A DNA stretch of 52,310 nt, counting the filler, from Ionaspis alba (Eukaryota): the NCBI GenBank assembly GCA_964255285.1. It is 3 parts of 3 records of this genome, joined end to end, with 100 filler letters (N's around TTAATTAATTAA, not from the genome) between each part and the next. Parts side by side here need not be neighbours in the genome. Positions count along the whole stretch, not along the records: positions 1 to 17,397 come from CAXUUL010000319.1; 2 more parts are not named here. One strand, 5' to 3'. Numbering within the stretch: the stretch's first letter is position 1; each line of letters starts with the position of its first letter. Of this stretch, positions 1 through 11,532 are shown piece after piece. The notes beneath the pieces were generated by a model that saw only the letters and a list, made by a program, of their open reading frames with translations, was not told the origin of the DNA and did not search any database. The position numbers and the translations under genes are program-made.

Positions 1-54
1 ATCGGTCTTTTGGCCCAGTTGGCCCCGGGGGCCCTATTCCCCGTAGCGGTTACA

Positions 55-445
55 AATTTGAATAAAATTAAAAAATTATAAAAAATTAAATTAAACGCAA
101 AAATTATAATATTATTATTTATTTATTAATTATTTAACAAATTTATTTTTGTTTAATAATTATTTATTATTTGAAATCTAAATATATACCTTGTTTCCGA
201 GTCCTGAATCCCTGCTCAATCCACCACACTACCACCTAGACAATTCCCTACATAGTGTTTTAGCGGGTACTAATTAAAATACTTTTTTAATTTAATTAAT
301 ATTTATCTAATCCAGCCTTTTAAATTAGATATTCTGATAATTGTTTTATCTAATTTTAATTAATTAGTCGGGCTGGATCTTTTAATTAATCCTAGCTTTT
401 CTTGGCGGAGGAGCTAAGCCTAATATGGAATATTAGTTTAACAGT
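55..445. repeat. Very AT-rich, TpA-rich tract; probable RIP-degraded repeat or transposon remnant
   Basis: Abrupt runs such as aataaaattaaaaaattataaaaaattaaa and tttaattaat against an otherwise balanced base composition; no ORF. The RIP origin is inference. Confidence 0.45.
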
Positions 446-1633
446 GACAGAACGCTCTCTCGAATATTAACAGCGGTCCAATCGGTCGTCGTCCAAATAA
501 GGTGGCACCCCTGAGATTCACTACTGTACTCTACCCCAGACTACGGCAAAGGACCACATGCTCTTGGGCTTGGTCACACATGTCCGCTGGCTTCGCATAC
601 TCGTTATCTGACCAAGGTTGTCCATGTCGACTTCTCCACAACTGCTTTTTGGACTCGGATGCACCTTTGGGAAATCATTGGAGGAAGCTGTTATTCTATC
701 CGAGGCTACAGACCGATGTACATGGACTATACCCCTCCTCGGTATTTAGCCGCAAGACGCAACGCTGGAGATTGGAGCTGTTGGTCGGAAAGCCATGTGG
801 GCTGCAGACATGGCCGACTGTTTCTTGATTCCGTCCGAGTTGTGGAAACCGCATGGGATCGACGGAGAGGCACGAGAGTCAACATCTAGCTTCTCGCTCC
901 AATGCCCCCAGTTTGTTCCACTCCGGGCGTTGATCAACGGCTATAGCTGAATAGGGAAGAGGGCATGAATTTCATCGACCAGTGTAGGCCTGGTGTTTTC
1001 CTTTACACCATGGACACTCAGAGTCGCCGGAGGACTTCCAGAAGCTTTCGAATCCTTGCTCGCTCTGTCGTATATGCACCGCTCCCCGCCTTCCCCTTCC
1101 TTGCTCCAACGGCTTTCGACACGCTCTCAGGTCATCCGCCGAAAGCCTTAGTCACCTGCGTTCAGAACTCCGACATTGCCAGGCAGGGCAAAGTCTCCAG
1201 TACTTGAGCACACATACTCTAGCGTACAATAAGATCGTTGAGGAAGAGCAAACCCGATACCTAGATATGCCTCATACCAACGGCTCATCAACAGACCCGC
1301 ATCTACACATCCCTCCAATGCTTTAGCGCCAATGCAGTTCGTCGTACAGTCTGCTCCAAAGGCCCACTACGGTACATTGGGAATTGCAGAACGGCGGAGC
1401 ATCACCCCCGCTTCCCCCCTTCATCACACGCTCAAGCTCGGTTGTTTCCTTCAAGCTCAACATGTGGTCGATACAGTGTCATGAGGGCAGCATGCCCGGG
1501 CAAGGAGACGGGATGAGCACAGGAACACAGACTGATCACGGAGCTCTTACTCCGCTTCAGCCTATAAAGCCCGACCACCTGCTCAGACGTTGCAGCCAAC
1601 AGTCCATGACGCTGTTGTCTCTTGGTTGCGAAC

Positions 1634-4369
1634 ATGAAGTCGCAGTATTTTTATGCGCTGGTCGCTGGTCTCTTTGAGGTTGCGGCAGCTCAGTCGAGCT
1701 TCTCGCCTGCTCGGGCCCCAGCTATACCTTTGGCGGTAAAGTCGCCATACATGAGCACATGGCAGCAAGCGGGAAGCGACGGAGGGAACGGAGGCTACCT
1801 GGCTGGACAATGGCCTACCTTCTGGGCGTGAGTACGTTGAGCAAGAAGTCTACACACTCGTCACTAATGGTTGGATAGGGGTCAGATTACCGGATGGACT
1901 GGACTGGTCCGTGTGGATAACGTAACGTATACGTGGATGGGAAAGCCCCCTGGTCCCCCGGTCGTCGCCCAAACGGCGTTCGAATATACATCGACGAAAA
2001 GTATCTTCACTTTGAACGTCAACAACACGGTCCAGTTGAAAGTTACCTTCCTTTCGCCCCTGACACCAAGTGACATGAGGAGGCAATCTCTACCATTTTC
2101 CTACCTAGACGTCGGTGTATCGTCCATTGACGGTGCCCAGCACAATGTGCAGCTATATACCGACGTTTCAGCAGGTAAAACCACTGCTTTGTGAAATCGG
2201 AACACTGGAGGCTAATGTGAATGGCAGAATGGGTATCTGGGGACCGAAATGCTATTGCTCAGTGGGATTACGGTGTGATCAACGGTGTCGCTCCTGTGCC
2301 AAAATTGCAACGCGACGGTAGCTTTTCACCGGAAGGAGGAAACGCTGGAGGAAGTGGCTACCCGGATGGGAATGGCAATGACCACCACAGGACTTCAACC
2401 GTGAGCGGTTTCATCACGAGCCAAATGTCTGCGGGATCCCGTACTCTCATCCCAACAATTGCCACGGTGACATATACAACTCCTACTGCCACGACTACGA
2501 TGAATCCAACTGCCCCGATTCCAGCGGCACCGACTCATGCACCTGGTGGCATTGCCTATCACAAGTTCTACAGGCAAACTCAATTGTTATTCTCGGAAAC
2601 TGCGGATCAAGCTGACTGGGGGAACTGGTACTGGGCCACGAACAGTGTTGCAAACCTGACACATCAATCTGGTGCCGATATCGACGTCCGAGGTTTTTTC
2701 AACACTCACGGATATCTGCCAGATACGAGCGACACGAATTATCGTTCGATTCAAGCAAACTACCCTGTTTTTGGCTTTGCGGTTGATCTCGGGTCTGTGG
2801 GTTCCTCGTCGGTCGACACACTATTCACGCTTGCGCTGGCTCAACAGCAGGCGATCCAGTTCAATGGCGCGAACGGAACCGTGTCGTTACCCTCCTTGTG
2901 GACAAGCTACTTCGCCAACGATCTTGATGCTGTATGTCTTCTTCTTCGGGGAAGTGGGTCAAGCTGATATCTGCAGGTTTCTTTCTTCCACGGCGACTAC
3001 AGCAATGCCGTTGGTGGCAGCTTCGACACTCAGGTCAGAACCGATTCTCTGGCTGTGGGAGGCCAAGATTACCTCACGTTGACTTCACTTGCAACCCGGC
3101 AAGCTTTCGGTGCCACCCAGTTTTGCGGTACTCCAAGTAAGCCGTATCTCTTTATCAAAGAGATCAGCTCGGATGGCAATTCTCAGACCGTAGACATCAT
3201 CTTCCCTTTGCACCCCATCCTCGTCTACACCAATCCGATGTTCTTGAAACTTCTTCTGGACCCGCTTTTCGAGAATCAAGAGTCTGGCAAGTACCCCAAC
3301 CAGTACTCGATGCATGATCTTGGCAGCCACTATCCAAATGCCACAGGCCATCCTCTCGGAGATGATGAGAAGCAGCCTCTTGAGGAATGTGGCAACATGC
3401 TTATCATGACACTTGCATATGCTCAACGGGCGAACGACACCAGCTATCTTGCACAGCATTACTCCATATTGAACCAGTGGACGCAATACTTGATCGCGGA
3501 AGCACTCATTCCTGCGAATCAGATTTCGACAGACGACTTTGCTGGGTCGCTGGCGTGCGTTGTCTCGAGTGGTTTTTTAGTGTTTTGCTGACGCTGGTGT
3601 AGTAATCAGACCAATCTTGCACTCAAGGGCATTATCGGAATCGAGGCCATGGCCGTGATTGCCAATCTGACAGGCCATGTGAATGACGGACAGAATTATA
3701 CCAACATTGCTCACGACTACATCAACCGGTGGCAACAGCTTGGTATAGCTTCGAACGCGAACCCTCCGCATACGACGCTGTCTTACGGTATGAACGATAC
3801 GCATGGTAAGTGACCTACGAGACCAAAGTTATGCTTACATCCAACACTCACACACACTTGCCAGGGCTACTCTACAACCTCTACGCCGACGCTGAGCTCG
3901 GCCTGAATCTCGTGCCTCGATCCGTCTACGACATCCAAAGCGCCTTCTATCCGACCGTGGAGATGAAGTACGGCGTGCCCCTCGACACCAGACATTCTTA
4001 CACGAAATGTACGCTCCCCTACTACCTCCCTCCCTCCAGTCTCAAACTTGGCAACTCTGCTGACGTTCCGCGTACCAGCCGACTGGCAAATGTTCTGCGC
4101 CGCCGTCGCGTCCCAGAGCACACGGCAGATGTTCATCCGCGACATGGCCAAGTGGGTCAACGAAACTCCGACGAACCGCGCGATGACGGATCTCTACGAT
4201 GCGGGGACGGGAGAGTGAGTGTTCTGGGTAGTGCATAGATGGTTGGGTGCCGAGAAGCTGATCTCTTGGCTATTTTAGTTACCCACCCGGAATTCTTTTC
4301 ACCGCGCGCCCTGTGGTGGGAGGGCAATTCGCTTTTTTAGTACTACAGCATAAGGGGGCTACGGGTTGA
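1634..4369 (+). CDS. gtaA: Secreted glutaminase A (GtaA family), 8 exons
   Basis: Signal peptide MKSQYFYALVAGLFEVAAAQ, then PAIPLAVKSPYMSTW, AEWVSGDR, FIKEISSDGNSQTVD, HDLGSHYPNATGH, EECGNMLI, STDDFAG, NQTNLALKGIIGI, YGVPLDTRH and ARPVVGG. GT-AG introns at about 1828-1878, 2175-2227, 2932-2976, 3555-3602, 3806-3864, 4009-4078 and 4215-4278 join the ORFs in frame to TGA 4367-4369. Confidence 0.93.
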
Positions 4370-4979
4370 GGAGGGGATTTGTTAATGGTTAGGGGGTAAG
4401 TAGGTGCGAGTGTGTATGTTGATACAGCTAGTTGTATATTCTCTTTTTTTTTGGTCATAGTGGGCGGTGGTTGTAGGGGTTTTGGATATCGGAGATACTT
4501 GGTTCATGATAGATATATCCTGTATACAGAAGTTGTTTACACCATCAAGACCTCTTTCTTATTTTCTCTTGCATTCAAAGCATTCTGAGCAGCCATATCC
4601 TATGATGGGCGATCCATGGTGGCCGACCTTTCCGTTCCCCTCGCCGGGACTTCATTTACAGCCGTCTCTTCCTCTCTTCCTCTTTCCTCGTCGCTGGTTC
4701 TTCGTCTCATCTCATCTCAGCGCCCAAAATCCCTATCTCCCCCACGTGGCACGAAATACACACGTTCGTCTCTACAGTAACAGCAACAGCAGCCGCATCG
4801 CGTCCTTTTTACCCGTTTCACTCGCGCATTCGGAATCTTTGTACGGAGCCTAGCCTTGCGTGCCGTTGGTAGATTGTATTCAGATACTTACTCACCGACT
4901 CACCCACCTCACCGACCAACTCACTTATCTCAACAAATCCACGCTTTCAAATCCGCCCATCTAATCTACGTATCCTTAG

Positions 4980-5065
4980 ACTTTCTTCTTTCCTTTCTCC
5001 CTTCGTTCCTCCCTTCTTTTCCTCCTTTCTACCTTCCTTCGATCCTTTCTTCCTTCCACTTTCCA
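4980..5065. repeat. Polypyrimidine (CCTT/CTTT-like) low-complexity tract
   Basis: ctttcttctttcctttctcccttcgttcctcccttcttttcctcctttctaccttccttc is visible directly. Confidence 0.6.
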
Positions 5066-5359
5066 GACCTAGTTCGTTAGCTAGCCTCGCCTAACCTGGC
5101 TGATTTAGTTCTTTGTTTGTCTTTTTGGGTGTTAGACGAGGCCGTCTGTATTTAGATTGAGGAGTCTGTGCGCGTAGAGTAAACGAGGGAGGCGTGGAAA
5201 GTAGTGCAGTAGGCGGGCTCCTTGAACAGTATATCCTGTTCTCTCTCCTCCTGACACTGCATCTCAACTATCACATTTGGGGGCCGCCATGTTTTTTTCA
5301 GATCCACCGAATAGAAGCCCAGCTCAGCCCCGAATTTTGGTAGCAGAAAATAAGCTTGC

Positions 5360-5813
5360 TTACTTCGTGTCTAACTGAGCAGCAGGATGAGTCCAAAAAA
5401 TCGAGGAGTCATACTCTGGAAGCGTATCAATATCGCAACCAAGGATGGATCTGCATAGAAGCACGGCTTCCTTCTTGCCCTGCTCTTCCGAACTGTGAAT
5501 TCCACCCTTGTTCTGTTCCCAGGTGATGGCTTCGATTTTCACACCACTGGCGCCGTGCCTTAGCTTCACAGCAAGTCTATNNNNNNNNNNNNNNNNNNNN
5601 NNNNNNNNNNNNNNNNNNNNNNNNNNNNNNNNNNNNNNNNNNNNNNNNNNNNNNNNNNNNNNNNNNNNNNNNNNNNNNNNGTAAATGCCAAAGCACCTAT
5701 TGTATAGACCCCGAAGCTAGTGACGCAGAAGAGAGCGTTCAGATTTCTGGGAGTCAATCTTGATCCAAATACGGCGGGAGGAATCGATGTTGTTAGAGTC
5801 TTTGCCGTCGAAG
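5360..5813 (-). CDS. Small hypothetical protein interrupted by an assembly gap; possibly a pseudogene
   Basis: Protein-like pieces YYFDGKD, FGVYTIGALAF(T) before the gap and GVKIEAITW...GKKEAVLLCRSILGCDIDTLPEYDSSIFWTHP after it. Frames cannot be joined reliably across gap 5581-5680 and the start is uncertain. Confidence 0.4.
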
Positions 5814-6127
5814 TAGTAGGGCGAGTAGCACATGGGTGCGAAGGCTTGCACGTGATTTCCTCCACTTAGAGAATCTGAAACGAGAATGTGCTTGGATCAA
5901 TTCAAGTGGTGAGAAGGCAACGACATTCGCCACATTTATAGGAATATACTACCTCTACGTTACTTACGCCTTCAGACCATCTCCAGCACATGGTAACAAG
6001 TAACAGACAGTGCCGCAATTGTGACTCGTGGGGCAGATGTTGGATAGGAACGGCCCCAAGCTGCATGATTTGCTTTCTATTCATATCCGAATCGACGACT
6101 TCTTTCGAGCAGCTACACTATGTATAT

Positions 6128-7977
6128 CTAGTGCGTGTACTTGAAGAAAATGTTCTTCCTGTCCGTCTGATCTGCAAACGCCATCTTCTCTCGAAGCTCC
6201 GTCCGCTCACCCTCACTCATCGCCGACAGTGCCTTCTCGTTTTTCCAGTTCAACCAATCATTATAAAATCGTAGCGCCACCACAACAAAGCACAGTGCCG
6301 ATAAGGTGGCAACGATACTGATCTTTCCCGATATGTAGCCTGGCGCCTCCGATGCTTGGAACGTCTGGGTTCCGAGGATATTCCCGACGCAGAAAGCCAC
6401 CAGGGTCAGGGCATTTGTGGTCACTTTCTTCGTATGGCCGGCAATATTCGAGGCATTGAATGCTAACATTAACATAAAAGCCGCGCCAAATGTGCCCGAT
6501 AGAAATGATCCCGCGAGTAGTCCTGCTTTGTTTGTAGGGACACCATTTGGATCGAGACCAATCATAAGACCAGCACCTAATATCGTAGGTAGTGTACATA
6601 TTAGTATGACCAGCGATCTATCGTTCCACTTATCCGAAAGATAGCCGACTAGGAGAACACACACTACCCCTACGGCACCTGTGGGAGTGTTGAGAACCAA
6701 AGCTTGCTGAGAAGTGTAGCCAAAGGTTGTCAACAGGATACTCTGGAAGTTCGAAAGTCCTCCGTTCGGAATGGAACTAAGCAATACAGCGAGGCAGACA
6801 AGCCACACGCGTAAGTCTTTAAACGTCTCCAGCACCTGTTCCTTCTTGAGGTGAGAATTTTGTGTACCACTTTTATAGAGTTAGTCTGCCCTTCTTGACC
6901 AACATGTCCCACAAGCGTACCTTTGATTATCTTTCACCCTTAGCAAGACTGCCACCTTCTCGGCGTCGGTGAATCTTCTTGCCTTGACAGGTGAATCCGG
7001 TAGGAAGATACAGACAAGGACCCCAACGACCATAGTCAGAGCTCCAATGGCAATGTAAAAGATTCTCCAATTGGCAAATTTTGTATGTGCGAAACTGACT
7101 CCGTATGCGACAAAACCCCCGAAGATCATAGTGAGAGAGTTGCACACATAAAACCAAGATACTCGGCGACCTTGCTCGTTTTTCTTGTACCTATGGACGG
7201 CTAAGCTTCGAAAAGATCAAGTGCGGGAAGGACACGAACCACATGGCAATGATGAGAATAAGAATGGGTGCAACACTGCAAAGTATTAGTGTGAAAACGA
7301 TGCGCGTGTAGGTCAACATAGGAGTCTGTATCAGACTTACCAGCTCTCAAATATGCCAAGCAGAGTGCGAACAACAGCTAAACCGGCGTAATTCGTACAT
7401 GCGGCATGGCAACCCAGGATAAGACCCCAGATAATAATATTGGTCCCAAGATAGAGTCCCAAGCGAGACAAATGCTGTGCTAGATACTGGGTGGGAAATT
7501 CTGCCGCCAGAAAGCCTGCGATCAAAAAGGACATATCAGCAGATGACGACGCTTGGTTCGAGATGTGGAGGGATCTCAAGGATACATACCGACATAAAAG
7601 AGCATAGAGAGGTTGGAGTAGTCCTGCCCAACCAAGTGTGTGTCTGTTCGAATGCCCATGACGGCAGTATAGGAAAGAGTGGTCTTGTCCAAGAACTGAA
7701 GAAAGTACACGGCGGCAAGCAATGGAGCGATAGTGAGATCAATCTTCCGTACGAGCTTCTTCAGCCGGATCGGGTCGTCCAAGATGGCATTGCCCTCTTC
7801 CGCCATCTCTGTAGCTCGAGGATGATTCTCCAAGAAGGACAATGCCTCGTCCGCATCTTTGAACGACTGCACAGTGACGAAGCCAGAGGCCGAGACGACT
7901 GACGGGTTGCGGCCATCTAGGCCGGCAAAGGGGTTTTTCTTTTCTTGCTTGAACTCATTCTCCTGACTTGACAACAT
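6128..7977 (-). CDS. MFS transporter, allantoate permease (DAL5-like, ACS family), 5 exons
   Basis: LVRKIDLTIAPLL..YFLQFLDKTTLSYTAVMG, VRTLLGIFES, MWYKKNEQGRR, WRIFYIAIG, FLPDSPVKAR, SNIAGHTKK, FADQTDRKNIFFKYTH. Four introns restore the frame. Confidence 0.92.
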
Positions 7978-8040
7978 CTCGCCTGCTGGAGTGTATAGCT
8001 CCGCAGAAGAAACACTGGGTCGACGGCATGTTGCCAACGG

Positions 8041-8176
8041 TGATAAGGCATTCTATATAGCCCATGCTGAGGACGCATGCCACGATAGCTATTGGTACCC
8101 GCCAACTTGAGATACGCGATAACCAACCGTACCTTTAGTTTGGTTCAAGATGACGTACGATATTGCTCTACGATAA
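8041..8176. promoter_or_regulatory. Cluster of four HGATAR elements (putative AreA/Nit2 nitrogen-control sites) upstream of the DAL5-like transporter
   Basis: TGATAA 8041, CGATAG 8083, CGATAA 8117 and CGATAA 8171, all within about 200 bp of the ATG. Function is inferred from known GATA-factor regulation of allantoate permeases. Confidence 0.45.
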
Positions 8177-8885
8177 GTAGTTACCGATCGGGCAAGAGAT
8201 CGTCTCATGTGACAANNNNNNNNNNNNNNNNNNNNNNNNNNNNNNNNNNNNNNNNNNNNNNNNNNNNNNNNNNNNNNNNNNNNNNNNNNNNNNNNNNNNN
8301 NNNNNNNNNNNNNNNGTGTTTGCTGGGGAGAAGAAATGCCTAGCCAGCAACAGGCAGGCACCTACATTAGTTTCAAGATTGAAAGAAGATATTGTTTTCT
8401 CTTGGATACCTTATAATAGGAGTATCACATGTAGGGAAATAGAAGTATGTGACTGCCTATCGCATTATTAGGGAGGTCCTACAGCTAGTACCTTACCTTA
8501 CTGTTATCTTGATTTCCTTACCCGATTCGGCTGTAGATGTCAGCCAAGACACCCAATCGAGCGTAACTTAATGAAATCTTTTTTGGGCAAGGTACGAGAT
8601 TTCTTACATGTATTTGACGGATTGGATTCGTTACCCAAACAGGCGAGTTCTTCGGCTCTGATCGTCCAAAAAGGGTAAGGTGTTATTACTCAATGGTGTA
8701 AACTGGAACTTACCAGGCCTAGAGTTAACGAAATGCTTTTTGTCTCTTGAGAAGTATCTTATGATCTTTGTATGGCAGCACCGACTTAATCCATACTGCG
8801 CTTACTAACGAGGGGTCCCAATTAATGGAGAGCTAGGGACCAAGCACTCTGTGGCGAATGATGGCACCGGGTCTTCGAAAAACCC

Positions 8886-10936
8886 CTAACGCAGCATTAT
8901 ATCCTCGAGCCCATCGCGGTCAGCCCAGCATCTAATTGTATCCCCAGTCATAAGCCCACGAACATAGCACTCTCCAACCAGCGCATGTCCCTCAGAACGA
9001 TATCCGCATTTCTCTTTCTCCCTTATAATAAAAGGGACATCGGCCCCCAACAGAACCACGATCGTATCTTCTTCCTGTAATATACTAGGCCCAATTCCAA
9101 AAAACCCAGATTTGGTGATAAAGAAGCACCGTCCGTGGCATGCACTCCCGGCCGCTTCTGCATATCTTTCTCCCTTGCCCCCATTTCCTTCTTTCTCAAG
9201 CTCGAGCATCCGAAGAAGTGTACTAGCAGAAGGTTTCTCCTTCTGTGCTTGCCGTAGGAAGTAATCCAGCTGGTATGCGGCAAAATCGGTCTCGGAGTTG
9301 AATCCGTCGCGAGGTGCATCTCCAGTACCCATCGCCCTGCCAGCGATCCACGTTTGCCGGTAAGCCTTCAAACGGTCTGGGTCTTGCATAGTTAACACTC
9401 CAGACGCATAGATTCGAGGGTAGTCTGGAATAGGCTTAGTAGATACCCGACAGTGGCTGGCCATGGAAAACACCGGACTGGGTTTTGAGGGATTGGTGAA
9501 GTCTTCACGAACTAGGGGTATAGTGTGGAGTGCAATGCGATCGAAGAATTGGCCTTTTACGATTAGGGAGCCAGGGTCCGGGGATGGCGTGATGATTGGA
9601 CGCCGGTTCGCGGCGGCGAAGTGGTCGCAAGTCACACGGCCGAGCACAGAAACGTCCGCGCAGGTATCCCATCGAGGGATCCAGGAGGGAAAGTCAGGGC
9701 CGGTGGGCGGAAGAGGACCGGTATGCTGAACAAAGGACAGAATTTCGAGAGATTCAGTCCTGTCGATCATCTGCATGGTAAAGTCACGGTAAACATCGAC
9801 TATGGAAAGGCTGTAGTTTGGCTTGATGAAGGAGGAGCCGGGCCAATATCTTGGGACTGTGATACTTCTTCCCGGTGTATGGAGAAGTCGCCTAGCTCTG
9901 ACTGCGTCAGGAGATGGGGGGCGAGGAGGATGATCTCCGACATGATCAAGACTTGCATAACTCCAAGTCACACTGCTCGGGGCGAGGATCACACTCAGAG
10001 TCCTCCATTTGATGTCTGCGTCAGTCAAGTTCTCCTTCATCGGGCGATCCCCACCGGCGTATGGATAGTCGCTTGTATCATTACGTGCACTTGGATGGGA
10101 AAGGAAAGCGTACACCTTGTCCCGAGGATCGCTTGCTTCGTTGGACCGGGCTCGGTGAAGGACATCAGAGAGCCGCTGAGAGCCAGGCTGAGGAAGATAT
10201 GTCAAGTAGAGATTCGCAACTCGCTCGACATATCGTAGGTATCCCAGAGAATCCAGTGTATCTCGCAAGTATTTGAAACAAAACAGAGCAATAAGACCAA
10301 TTTCATTAAAGTCAATGGTTGATCTTCCCCATTGCGCGAGTGGTCGATCTGTCAGGCCAATCTCCTGGATGACCCACGTTCTAGTGAAGTACTCGCTTCT
10401 GAACAGAATTGCTAATTTGTGTAATGCAGGAGAACCTTGCCCAGAGTGAAGCCACCCGACCGTGCTCAGGTCCTCATAATTGTCAACAGCCTCTACAAGG
10501 GTAGCCAAGGTTAGTCTGATATCCTCAAACACTTCAGTCGCAACCTCCGCCTCGCTTGGGCCAAGCCATACTAGCACCGCAATGGCAGAGGCATATATAT
10601 CCTTCATTAATGTGACTTGATGGCTCTTTTCCACCAAATCGTGCTGGTTGATACACAAGGCATCAATCCAGATATATATCGGGATCGACTCACTCCGGAC
10701 GTGCCAAAGTGCTTCAGCGAGGTTCTGGGTGACTTCGATTTGGCAGCCGTCACATTCGACAGTAACGGGATCTGACTCGGTCCCCCATACATATGATAGG
10801 GTCGCGTATCGCGGATCGTCGTCAAGATCAATGTGAAGAATTTCCCTTTGAGAGTTGAGCGACCCTTTCCATGAGCGAGCTTCAACACCCGAATTGCTCG
10901 TCCTTGCGGAAGAGCAGTATATCGAAAGCGAGCCAT
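8886..10936 (-). pseudogene. HET-domain (HET-6-like) heterokaryon incompatibility protein with one apparent frameshift near 10841-10846 (pseudogene or sequencing error)
   Basis: N-terminus MARFRYTALPQGRAIRVLKL lies in one frame. The HET motifs YATLSYVWG, VTQNLAEALWHVR, IWIDALCINQHDLVEKSHQVTLMKDIYASA..VLVWLG, YFTRTWVIQEI, ASDPRDKVYA, PSWIPRW and LVGECYVRGLMTG lie in another. No intron is evident at the junction. Confidence 0.8.
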
Positions 10937-11004
10937 CGGCTCGGATTTTCGTACTTAAGACATCTCCGTATTCGTAAAGAGAAGGATGATCTTTGGGGTC
11001 AAGA

Positions 11005-11214
11005 TATCGGTTGTCTCAGTTCTCAGATCTGCCAAACCGACTAAACCCTTTCGGATTAGNNNNNNNNNNNNNNNNNNNNNNNNNNNNNNNNNNNNNNNNN
11101 NNNNNNNNNNNNNNNNNNNNNNNNNNNNNNNNNNNNNNNNNNNNNNNNNNNNNNNNNNNTATCGGTTGTCTCAGTTCTCAGATCTGCCAAACCGACTAAA
11201 CCCTTTCGGATTAG
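11005..11214. other. 55-bp exact duplication on both sides of an N gap (unmerged contig overlap)
   Basis: 11005-11059 is identical to 11160-11214, flanking gap 11060-11159. Confidence 0.85.
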
Positions 11215-11532
11215 CTTAAATTATTAAATCTTTTTAATGGCGACGACCAACCAGCGTATTCTCTAATATTTAAATGTTTTAAAAAATCAGCCTCGGAGAC
11301 TCCTAATTATCTGATTTCTACTTTAGTGATTTTTTACCCTTCTTCAGCGTGCGTCCGGGTACTACGGGTGACCTAGTGCAAGGAAAGTTAACCAAACACC
11401 GCATTCATCAGCATACCCCGTAAGGCTCTGTGACGCAATTTCCCGATGGAGCTCTCCCAAGGGTTCATACTCCCTCGAAAGTCAATGCTCACCACCCAAA
11501 CCTCCGGATAGTGTTCCCCGATAGTTCTCACA

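Noticed and set aside
502..1600. Short ORFs upstream of gtaA (also 38400-39600 and 49200-50700)
   Set aside because: Mostly non-ATG starts, no motifs or splice-consistent model; treated as intergenic.
10838..10850. Programmed -1 ribosomal frameshift in the HET gene
   Set aside because: GGGAAAT is read GGG-AAA-T, not X-XXY-YYZ, and no stimulatory structure was identified; an indel is simpler.
11005..11214. 55-bp direct repeat resembling a target-site duplication or mini-LTR
   Set aside because: Both copies abut an N gap and are identical, which is typical of an unmerged contig overlap.
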